Assembly (NCBI GenBank): GCA_021432655.1
Contig: MU271394.1
Coordinates: 1 to 64,000 of the forward strand
Source of the DNA: Atractiella rhizophila
Taxonomy: Eukaryota
Direction of reading: 5' to 3'
DNA: 64,000 bases
Shown here: in pieces, positions 1-10,687 of the stretch
How the letters are laid out: every line of letters starts with the position of its first letter
How positions within the stretch are numbered: the stretch's first letter is position 1
Translations under genes and position numbers: made by a program
Notes under the pieces: model-generated
Told to the model about the DNA's origin: nothing
Seen by the model: the letters and a program-made list of their open reading frames with translations, nothing else
Databases searched by the model: none

Positions 1-1130
1 CAAATCATCAAGGTCTCAAATCGAGGATCTGTCTGAACGTACCTTTAGGGATGAAATTGGCGGCACCGCTGGAATGGATCGTGCTGTTGCCTTCTCCTTC
101 GCTGGCGTATCCAAAACTTGGAATCGTGCTCAGTTTGAGGACTCACCTGAAGGATCTATGGATGTCGATGACGAAGGATTGCAAGCAGCTGAAGAAGCAG
201 GAGTAGAACAAAGGCAAGAAGAAGCAGAAGAAGCTCTCACAAGGATTGTCGACAAGCGCGATTTCAGGCGAATGGAGATTGTTGGGCAGTTTAATGCCGG
301 TTTCATCATCGCACGTCGCCGTGCCGCACTTCTGCCCCCAAGGAAAGGTCAGTCCTCTGGGGAGGAGCACGATGACCTCTTCATCGTTGATCAACACGCG
401 GCGGATGAAAAGTACAATTTCGAAAACCTGCAAAAGGAGAGGAAGATTCAGTCCCAACGACTGATCGCTGCAAAGCCTCTCCCACTTTCTACCTCAGATG
501 AAGTAGTAGCGATGGACAACCTTTCAAGAATACGTGACAGCGGCTTTGATATATCGATCGACTACGATGCGCCGGCTGGGCACCGTATCAGTCTCCTCGC
601 CATGCCGATCAGTAAAGATGTAATTTTCGACGATAAAGATCTGGAGGAACTCCTTTCACTCTTGGCAGACCGCACAGGTCGGGAGATCGTGAGGCCGAGT
701 AAAATGAGGAGGATGTTTGCTTCGAGAGCTTGTCGCATGAGCATCATGATTGGAACCACGCTGAAGAAAACGAGTATGAAAAAAGTAAGCCCATTCTTTT
801 TCCGTCTTCTTCGACGGTATCAACCGATATTTCCCAATACAGGTGGTGAGCAATATGGGAACAATGGACCAGCCATGGTCCTGTCCGCACGGTCGTCCTA
901 CAATGCGATGGGTTAGTTCCACTTGCCTTAGCGATCCTTTCATTGATGTAGCACACTCACACTGTCTGAAGCTCGCTTCCCTTCAAGACGAGCGGACCAA
1001 ACGCAACGCCCCTTATCAAAATAAGGCTTTCGGATTCAAGATGCTTACATGGTTCAGAAGGAGTCCGACAGCAGAAGTGCCGGGAAAGGAGCTCAAAGAA
1101 GAGAGCGTGCAGCCTAGCATGGAGCTTTGA
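1..1130 (+). CDS. PMS1: MutL-family mismatch repair endonuclease (PMS1/PMS2 type), C-terminal part; 5' end lies outside the window
   Basis: Motifs GQFNAGFII, DQHAADEKYNFE (endonuclease DQHAX2EX4E), FASRACR and WSCPHGRPTMR. Introns at about 785-842 and 912-971; stop at 1128-1130. Confidence 0.93.
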
Positions 1131-1337
1131 GACTTTTGACGAGGATGGTCTGCTCATTAGTTTGCTTTTTATCAGTGTTGGGTACATTTGGCAGCTCGTT
1201 CGTCGACAGTAACACAGATTAATGTTGAGAAACAACAACTGTAGAGGAAGTGAGTAAGATGCGATGGAATTTTGAATCAAAGGAATTTGGTAGCATGGGG
1301 CAGTCTAAAATTTGCACATTTTGAAAGAGAGAAAATA

Positions 1338-4300
1338 TTACATGGCTCGCACGAGCTGATCGTACTTGGGCGGTTCCTGGCCTTCCTCGTTGACCTCTCC
1401 GGAGATCAATTTGGAGAAATGTGTCTCCACTTCTTCAGTGAAGGTAGTCTGAACACGAGCCTTGTTTCGAGATGATGATTTTGCCGAGTGCTGATGTTGG
1501 TGTGGCTCATGGGAATGATGATGCTCCGTTGTAGCTGTGAAGTATGACGGTAGTCTGGATGTCGAGCAGTGGCACTTCATTCGTGCCAACATCAGCCACT
1601 CTGCCTTCGACAGAGAGAAGGCTGAAAAGACTTACAGAGAGAATTCTTATTGGAGCACCGAGGACGAGATCGAACAGCCTCTTCTTACCATTCACATCGA
1701 GGTACAACTCATCACCTCTCTCCAGGCGAACTGTAAACTTGACAAAGTGATGAATGCTCAGATTCGCCAACGAATGCCTAAAACTGGGTTGCAGGTTCGC
1801 AGTCGAACAATCCGGGATGGGCATCTGGCCTTCTACTGTCCATGGTCCAACTGGATCATACCATTGCGCCACACGTTCGACATCCTCGTTTCCGGCTCTA
1901 TCACGACTCAATGGCTCGAGCAAAGGATTGAAAGCCTTATAATCCCCCTTGAGCTCCTCGATGGGAAACAGGATATCGTGTCTAAGCGCGTTGACGGAGG
2001 TATCAAAGAGCTTGAAGAGAGATGTGTCCACCTTGAGGATGTCACGATCGGGGTGATTCATATCGTAGTATTGCACACGTTGTTCAAGAGTAGCAGATAT
2101 GCGGTAGAGCTTTATCTTGGCCATAGGTGTGATCCTTACGACGAAGGGGACGTTCGCTCCGATACAAGAAGCTTTCGCCCCTACTCCCATCTCGAAACGC
2201 ATCTGCGTCTCCCAGAACTTCTTGATCCCCATCCCCGTCAGTTCCTCCAAATTATCTGTCCCAAGCGGCCTGACGAGTTCGAGTTCTCTCTCGGACGAGA
2301 GGTTGGGATGGAGGACGCCTACACGCTTGACGGTGGCTTTTAGGAAGTAGGTAATGGACGCGTGGTGCGTTTTGATACTGGCGGGGAGGTTAGGGGGTAG
2401 TTGGATTTGTATGGGGTAGGAGTAGACCCCGGGGAGGAAATCGGCAGCGTTCGAATCCTTCCAAGGAGGCTTCTTTCTCCTGGACTTGCTCCTCCCGACG
2501 CTGCTCTCATCCTCACTCTCTGAATCTGATAACGAAACCTTTGACCGACTTCCTGTTCCCGATCCCAATGTTGTCGCCTTACTCCGGGTTGGAGAACTAG
2601 TGTTGTCCTTCTCCCCAGAGGACGGAGCTCGACGGTGCATGATCATATTGACGAGAGAAAATTTATGTTTCCTCTCCCCGTCCCTCTCTGCATCCTTAGT
2701 TTTCTCCTTCACCCTCCCCGCCAAAGTAGCCAATGGATTGCTCCCAGCCCTGCTCCTCCCACCTCCGACCGATTCCTCGCTCTCCGAGCTCCCCAAACTC
2801 ATGTTCGACCTCCCCATCATACCCACGCTTGCATTGCTCACGCTTCCCCCTCCAAGGCTGCTCACACTCACGCTCGTCCCCGTAGTTGTACTCGTGACGG
2901 TGCTCGCGCTCCTATCTGATTGAGCGGCCACAGAAACCGTCGAATCGAGCGCTCTCGTTAAGTTCAAGGACTGGGCGACGAGCGACTGCACCGCTCCGCC
3001 TCCGAAATTTACGGGAGAAGAATCAGAAGGGCTAGTTGGGTGTCTCCATCTCCGTTCGGTTTCGGTTTCTGCTGGGGATGGTTGGGATGGCGTGACGGAG
3101 GGAGGACAGTCCGGGACGAGCGCCTGCAGGCCGATCGGTTCTCCTCTCCCTTGTCCCTCGCCTTGAGGACGTTCGTGCGGAGGAGGAGGCTCGATTTCGT
3201 CCCCGTCTTCTCCCTCCTCTATCGCACTTGTTGATATTGGGAGAGAAGGAGACGGCATTGGATCGCGGTCCATAAGACTAGGTCTTCTCAAAAACGGCAT
3301 AGGTCGAACCGGTGGGACAGGGATGTAGAACCTGCTAAGGGTGTTGGTCTAGGGGTGTGTGGGGATCCAGGAGTTTGAGGAGCTCGGTGGATCTGCTGGC
3401 TCGGGAGGACTGGAGTGTGGGTTCGGGAGACGCGACGGCCTGGAAGGGTGGAGGCAGCTACGACGGGAGATTGCTGCATGTTGGGCAGCGAAGAGCGACG
3501 CCTCAGTGCTCCCGGTCTCGACGGCGCCGTCGTCTGTCGCTCGACTTGCGCACCTCCTTGGCTTCCTTGAGACGGTGCTGGTGCTGCCTCTTGATGCTGG
3601 GGTAGTGGCCGCGGAGGCAGGGTGGTCGACGAGCCTGTCTCTTCCCCTTGTTCCACCAAACCGTTAGCTTGAGCATGACCATTAGGATGAGAATGGGTAA
3701 CGGCGGTTGTTGCCGTCCTCCTCCTCGAAGCGTTTGAATTGGCAACAGCGAAGGATGGCGGCAGGTCGTCGAGGTCCATGCTCTCGTTGTGACGTAGGGA
3801 TGACGGCCCGTGAGAGATACCTGGACCGATGGAGGAGGTTCGGCGGAGGTTGGGGAGATGTGGCCTCGCTGATGGAGATGCGGTGGACGACGTTAATGTA
3901 GAGGTGGATGCGACAGACGTTGGAACAACTTGAGGGATGGGTTCGATTTCGTCCGCTCGGGAGGAAGCGTCGAAGAGGTCGTAAGTTCGATCGATGATTG
4001 TCGTCTCGTCGGGTTTCTCGAATGCTAAATTCCCACTGTTACTTCGCGTTCTCTTCTGCATCACTCTCGTCATCTTCCTCACTCTCGCTTTCGCTCTTCT
4101 CGGGAGGATATGACTCTCTGGAGGATATAACTCTCTACAGTGACCTCTGGAGAACTTTAATCTTTCTCCTCAGAGAAGCGAGGGGATAAGGAAGAAGAGA
4201 CGAAAGAAAGAAAGACATACGATCATCCTTATCCCAATCATTAATCCCCAGCAACCGCACACTGATCCTCTTAATCTTGGTTGCCCGTGTGACGTTCAAC

Positions 4301-4656
4301 TTCAAAATGCCCCTCAAGAGAGCCGGCTGGCCATCTATGTTCATATCATCTTCGATCGTCACCTCCCCAGCACCACCACTCCCACTCCCACTCGCACCTC
4401 CACCTCCGTTCCCTACACCCATCGGATCCTGTGCGGAGAATTCGGGCAGCGCTTCTCCCATCGCTGGACTCATTCCTTCTCCCAATCTCGACCTCAACCC
4501 CAACCCCATTCCGGTTCCTAAGGGGGGACTAGGTCCCGCACTTCCCGGTGCCATTCGGACTGTGGTTCCTCCGCCCTGATGAAGAGTTGGACGAACGCGG
4601 AATGGAGGGAGGAAGACGACGGGTTCCGCGAGGATGATTTGGAGGTTGGGCGACAT
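1338..4656 (-). CDS. Alpha-arrestin (ART/CreD-like Rsp5 adaptor), multi-exon, with an apparent frameshift near 3340
   Basis: N-terminus L-EPVVFL...PALLRGILKL, central FLPGVYSYPIQIQLPPNLPASI...YFLKATVKRVG, arrestin-C region, and C-terminal LPSY and PPKY (PY) motifs. Homologous to the gene at 39642-42975. Confidence 0.85.
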
Positions 4657-5027
4657 CGCTCTGGTAAGCGCTTGAGACGATTTGGATGTGATAGATGATG
4701 GACGACGCGATGTCGACGATGGGTTGTGAGAGGAACGAAGTGGAGAGTTTATATGGGTATGGATATATGGATCTCGTTGACCGGGGAGGATGCCGAGATG
4801 GGTTCTTGTTCTGGAACGAGAGTAACCTTGATGATTGTCGGTGGGCGGAGAGCGAGAGCGAGCGCGAGCCTAGGTAATGCCCTTTTTCAATTACAATCAA
4901 TATTAGCTGATGTTATATAATTTCACTCACTAGAACGTCAACTCAGTGGCAGTTAATCGCCCACCTTGTGAAATAGCTACTGAACTGCTAATACAGCATA
5001 AAGTGGAATTGCGAGCAAATATGGATT

Positions 5028-5052
5028 NNNNNNNNNNNNNNNNNNNNNNNNN
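5028..5052. other. Assembly gap (25 N)
   Basis: Run of 25 n directly visible. Confidence 1.
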
Positions 5053-7795
5053 CACCGCCCAGTTAGGGACCGGCCTTTAAATATTTTGTCGTTCTCTCGC
5101 GTACCTTCTATTAGGCTGAAACTTGGAGGTGGAGGCTTGATAATTAGGATGACTAGTCCTGGGAGCTGCTATGTTATCCGGTTGTCCAGTACCGTATCCT
5201 CTTTAACGTCATAAAGAATATCCACTTGTCAGTCCTCGATGTCGTCCATAGTGTTCCCTATAACACCAATTTGAAGCTGCAGGACTACCAGTCTTAAAGA
5301 AACTTTCTCAATCACTAGTCTTACGGTTGATGGAAGGAGATGCGAAGGGTGAAAACAAAGGGATGCCGCTCGTTCCAACCGTGTGTATATAGGGGGAGTC
5401 AGTACCTCTGAACGAGGTTGCACCAGGTGCTCTCCTTATAGCTTTGCTACTTCCTGTTTATCAACCATTATACCCCCTTGTCTTTGTGCAATGAGTCTAC
5501 TTGATGATGAGAATGGACGAAGTGGATTTCTTCCTGTGTAAGAGAGATTAAGTGGTACCACCGGCGGACAAGGTTCTTAACCAAACACTGCGAATACGAG
5601 TCTATCTTTCACCTTCTAACTCCAAGGACTCCATGTTAGTTCTTGAAGAGGCTTGACTCAGAATACGACCTGAACCGCTACGTAATCTTCTACCAGCTCT
5701 ACGACGTCTACAACCCTTCGCCTGGTAAGATGGTAGCAGTGTGTGACCTTCAGGGGCGGTTTACTTGGTCGTTAAGGTTCTACGATACCGCTAACAACCC
5801 TTGGCTCCAAGTGGACGATAGAAGTGTTGAAAGTGAACGTTAGGTGCCACCGGTCTTTAGTATCTTCGAGATGAAGGACCCGTTTGTCGACGGCTAGCTG
5901 GTCTGAACCAGAGATCTCAAAAGTTGTGTTTCCACTTCCGAATGTACGTCCTGTAGTTCCTATTGAGTTAGAAGCCTGCCAGTCAGCCGAAGCAGACCCA
6001 GTAACTTAAAGTCTTTGCACCAGAAGGAGTACGAGTGTAGGAATAGTAGGAGTTAGGACTTCTATGGTAGTCCCTACAGCTCCGTTAGCTGGCGTATCAC
6101 AGACGGCTTAACGGACTGTTCCTATGGCTGGGACTTAACAAACTCTAACAGACGTTAGTATACGAAGTACCTGGTACACCTCTATAGTTGGGTCTACGAG
6201 GTACGTACTATCTACTAGGATTTTTAGGACCTTCTTTCTAGACACCGTTTCCCAAAGGCTTCGGTAAGCACCTTCTCTGTCCGTAATTGCTCCTACCGAT
6301 AGGGTGGATGGTAGCGGCATTGTTACCTGCATGGAAAGTCTTTAGTGCCTTACCTAAATAAATGCTGTTAGCAACCCAGCATGGCAAATTACGAATACAG
6401 GAAGCCGCGAAATATCGAGTATAGTTACACCTTGAAACGTAGAGGTAGTTTAGTTAGTTCATGGAGAAGTTTATGTAGATGTTTCCTTTACTAGCCCGTT
6501 CGACAGGAAGTATCACGGGCTCCACTACAATCCCATCACCTACTCTAAGTTCTCATGAACCTACGATCTAAGTAGCCTAGAAGACTTCCATTCACAATTG
6601 TTGATGAGGACTCTACTACAATCCCGAATAAACTATGTTAAATGTCGGACAATATCCTAAAAGGTAAAATGAAATGTGGTCGTAAAAGGACACCAATAAG
6701 CTAACCGTCATGTGGAGGGACTAGTCGTAAGACACTGGAAATTAGGAGTCCTACTCAGGGACCCACTGTAAGAACCGGCCTTGTTGTAACGATTTTGTTA
6801 CAACTGTCTCAAGAAGTGAATGACAGCCCTTTTGGGGTTGTAATGACTTCTGGAATGGATAGGATTCCGAGGAGTTAAGGAATGGACCTTCAGTCCGAGT
6901 GCGAGAACCTTTTAGGCCCTCTCTGTTCTTCGGTAGCCGGCATAGATGATACAACGCGGTAGTGTTCCCCTCAATAAGATAGAGGCTTACGAAGACGTAG
7001 TCCAGCGGTCGGGTTTTAGAAAACTCCTATAGGCTTGTCAGCTCCCTTGACAGGTACTCTGAAAGTTCCGATGTACACACCGAGAACCCGAGAATCTTTC
7101 ACTGCTTCTTACCCTAATAACAGAGTTACTTCGGTCGTGTCAGTTCTTACCGAAACGCTACGCTAGAGACAAACAGATGTAGGACGATAAACCTCAGCGG
7201 TCGCTTGGGTCTTCTAATACCCTGCCGGTAGTACTCGTTGAGTCACTGCTAACATTTGTGGAAGATGCCTGTTTTATACCACATCTGTTAGGTTGCTTAC
7301 TCGTTTAATAGTCGGAGACAGAGGAGCTTTAACTTCTAGAGGAGGTTCGAGTACCATTTAGGGATTCATTGAAACCTGATGGTGTTGGGCGTCTCGCTGA
7401 TCTTTCTACCCCTCCGCTCTGTTCCTAATAACCTCTTCTTGAACGTATACTAGCTGGTGATGAAGTGCGTGCATAAGTCTGTCTCAATGGTAGTAATTTA
7501 GACCTGGTTGCAGTACGAATACTGTGCCAACATCTTCGTACCGTTTTACCTTTACCACCTAATAAAAAATAACTACCCGGTCCTCCCTGACCTTTCTGAA
7601 AACAACTTTTGGATAATGAACGGTCCCACGCGAAGTCCCTTTTAACGCGACCGTCACCGGAGAAGGCATAACGACGATAAGACGACCTTCCACCTGCTTG
7701 TCGGGTATGAGCGAAGGCCTAGGGTAATCTGTAACTTTCGACTAAGGCAGACGTCACAATGCCGAGTTTCACTAGTGTCAGTGAAACGGCTCTCC
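5053..7795. mobile_element. Helitron Rep/helicase coding sequence in mirror form (readable only as the complement, not the reverse complement)
   Basis: The complement read left to right gives WRVNPWPEIYKTARERM...YLPLRFPLLFPYGEQGWH...LPSSHTGSPRQM. Rep motif 1 FTTFTCNPRW at 5822-5851, motif 2 EFQKRGLPHAH at 6005-6037, motif 3 KYLFKYIYKG at 6458-6487. GT-AG intron at 6589-6646, Walker A GPGGTGKT at 7576-7599, then IAAILLEGGRTAHTRFRIPL. Confidence 0.95.
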
Positions 7796-8676
7796 ATCAT
7801 TCCTTGCAACTTCCTCAAAGTCCCTTCCTTGAGTTTGTGCTGTCCAACGGTCTCTACTCTCTGTCGAATCTGCTCTTCAGAATCCAGCATGTAGATTTGT
7901 GCGAACCGTTCATCTCCGTCAGAATCAGGTAGCAAAGCTCCAATGCGATGGCACAGCTCCCCTTGAATCCGAAAAGAGTAAACTCCTTGCCCAGGAATAG
8001 GAGGCCGCTTGACTCCAAGAGAAGTAAAGGAAAGAGCGTTATTGTAGGAGCGGATATTTTCTCGAAACTGCTTTGATTCTTGGCTATCTGGGTTGATTAA
8101 TAGCTGATGTAATTCTTCTGGTGGTTCTTCATAAGCAGGAAGAATAATCTTTCCCAGAGAACAACAGTTAGAAAACTTTGGATTCCGCTTAGAGCTCCTT
8201 GCTATCCGTTCCTCGAGCCAATGAAAAGCACCACATTCTGAGCAAAAGGCTTCATTCCATCCCGAAAGTCGGATGGCCTCCACTGTGTGTGGTAAGTAGT
8301 TGAATGCGGAAAAAGGATGCTGATCTTGTCTTGCATCCCGAGAAGCTATCACCGTTTGGTTAGGAAGATTGGGAATCTCAAATCCACCCTCCAGCTGTCC
8401 ATCTGAGAGACTGTCATCGATTTCTTCACGTAAAGGTGGAGGGTCTGGCTGACGTCGGCGTCGGCGTCCTCTAGGAGGTTCACCCTCCTGCTGCTGCATA
8501 CGAATTTGACGGGTCAAATGTTGAGGAGGTGTAGGTTGTGTAAGCTGAAAGCGCTGAGGCAATCCTGCAGTACGTCTCTCTGAACGGCGGGGGAGATCAA
8601 CAGGGCTATCTTCTCGCCTCTGCTGTTGGGCCCGAATTCGTGTCTCAGCACCTTTTTTTTGCTTGGGATGGGGCAT
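7796..8676 (-). CDS. Helitron RepHel N-terminal region in normal orientation
   Basis: CSECGAFHWLEER...KFSNCCSLGKIILP zinc-like motif, FRENIRSYNNALSFTSLG, FRIQGELCHRIGALLP and FAQIYMLD, all typical of Helitron RepHel N-termini. Similarity stops at LRKLQGMM (7796). Confidence 0.92.
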
Positions 8677-8821
8677 AATGAGTCTACTTGGCCATTAGAA
8701 GCATGTAAGAGGCTATATTTCACTTACATGTTAGTCCTTTCCTTCCCTCATGGATGGCAAAGCTAACTTTTGGCATACGACTGAGAAATGATCAAACCAC
8801 GCTATATAAACAAATCACATG

Positions 8822-8930
8822 TATGCAGGGCAATTCTGGGCAAGGCTGCAAATGCAGGGCAACTCTGGGTAAGCCTGCTGCGGCGGAATTTGGTTCATTG
8901 CGGGGCTGCTGCGGCGGAGTTGCAGGGACA
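8822..8930 (+). repeat. Short imperfect tandem repeats (about 28-30 bp) upstream of the Helitron ORF
   Basis: atgcagggg-caattctgggcaaggctgc / atgcaggg-caactctgggtaagcctgc, plus ctgctgcggcgga twice. Confidence 0.6.
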
Positions 8931-10687
8931 GAGTTGGCTATTTTCTTGCTTTCAAGGGTTCGAGTCCGGTACAAAACGCATTTTTGAACCCTTTCAGAAT
9001 AAAATTTCCTTGCAGGTTCAGAAAGGGGCAAGCATATGGGATATGATAGTATAATACATTTCATTCCATTGTGCATGGTGAGGGAGGTGTGAGGGCTCAA
9101 AAGTGCGTCTTATGACTCATGCCAAGAACTGATGAATCTTAGAGTATAGGATGCTTTGGGTGGTTCGACATGAGACTATTATAAACAAGTTTGGCTAATT
9201 GCTTTTGGGGTGGTAAGGCTCAATACTACCAACACTGCTATATTTATTGTTTTGAATAGTTGTTGAAGTGTTGAAGTGTTGAAATGTGCACAATATTCGG
9301 GAGCTATGTTATGTGAATTTCAATGCAGGCGCCGCTCTCACTCTATTCATAACATAAATTATCGCTTTGACTTCGACATAAGCGCTAGCGTGCTTCTTGT
9401 ACTCTCGAGGCATTCGTGCAATAATCCAAAAATGATACCACCAGCCCACCACAGAGAGTCCTAATGGGTCAACCGAACGAGAACCTGCCCATCGAATTCG
9501 AACTGTCCCGTTCGTTCGAAACCTCCATTCCATCTGGTTCAGACGTGGGCGACCTGTTTCCCTCTCCGAAAAAGCGACACTCCGCAGCCCATTCGTCGTT
9601 GAGAAGATCGTGTAGTGCGTCGACCTCTTGTGTGGTGTGTGAAATTCAGGAAAGACAGCCGCTGGAAGAACCTGGCACACTCGTCGTGATCCTACAATGG
9701 GAAACCCCGTCGCGTCGCTGCCAGCTAATACCTAACGAATATTGAGCATCAAGGCTAAAGAACGTGCGCATAAACGTACCTCTGATATGCTTTGGCCGCC
9801 AGTGATGACCTAGGGTTTACCAATAGTCTTATTGCCTTCCTGTCGATAAATCAGCTCACGAAGCATGCGACTTGTTATTTTTTGATCATAAACTGACTCA
9901 AAATGTTTCGTTATCTAAGTCACATAAGATTCCTTTATATTTAAGATTCTTTGAAATGTTATTGCCTTTTGACTGGGTTCGATGTATCCCTCGCCACAAA
10001 TTTCTTTATGCCTCTCGCTAACTTTCAAAGAGCTAACTTCAGCAACTGGAGCTGTAACGGCAAACTCGTGTTGCAACCGAGCTTTCAAACTGCGACACTA
10101 TCTAAGCTGAGGGCCATGGTCTGACTGTTTCAAGAATGGTAAAAAAGTGAGGGTACTTGTTGCAACTGGGCGAGGCATGTCGCCTCAAGTCAGAATCATT
10201 GAAATGGCTACGCGGTTTATTTGCAATGATCATATATCCAGAATTTCATTCCTGCTTAGGTGAGAGCAACTACGAACCAACAACCGCAATGTGAAAGTTA
10301 ACAGCGCTTACAGAGAGCACAGTCAGTTGCGATCTGTGCTATCCCACAATCGCGTGGTCAATACACTCATCTTGCTTCATTCTCGATGCTGAGAAGAGTG
10401 GTTGATAGAGCCCATGTCGCCTGGTTAAAAAGTCTACAAGGAACTTGGCAACAAAACTAACCGCATTCAATCGTCAAAGGGGTTGGACTAAATAAATAAA
10501 CAAATTGTCGATTTTAAGGTTTGACCCGCTAGCTTTCAACCAACCGGCGACCTCAAGGCAACTTCCACAAGGCAACCTCAGACGTCCACTGCCAGCGGGG
10601 CTCCGCACTTTTCTTTCTTTTTCTTTCTTTCCTTTTACTTATCTACTCCACTTCCTGTACCGTGGCATTCTCCGGATTGCAGCAGAC

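Larger units (their letters stand above)
4930..9151 (-). mobile_element. Putative full extent of the Helitron (candidate termini)
   Basis: Minus strand reads A|TCCTATACTC at 9151 (5' TC after A) and CTAG|T at 4930-4933, with a weak GTGGC...GCCCAC hairpin 12 nt inside (4946-4964). Confidence 0.4.

Noticed and set aside
5229..6954. Short ORFs listed in the track within the mirrored block
   Set aside because: They are by-products of the mirrored codon structure; the real coding signal is in the complement-only reading.
7654..7795. C-terminal tail ESRFTDTSE...LCLLR of the 340-aa Helitron ORF
   Set aside because: It is read-through into the mirrored block and has no Helitron similarity.
8957..8968. 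GGTTCGAGTCC B-box-like motif suggesting a tRNA
   Set aside because: The T-stem does not pair and no cloverleaf can be built.
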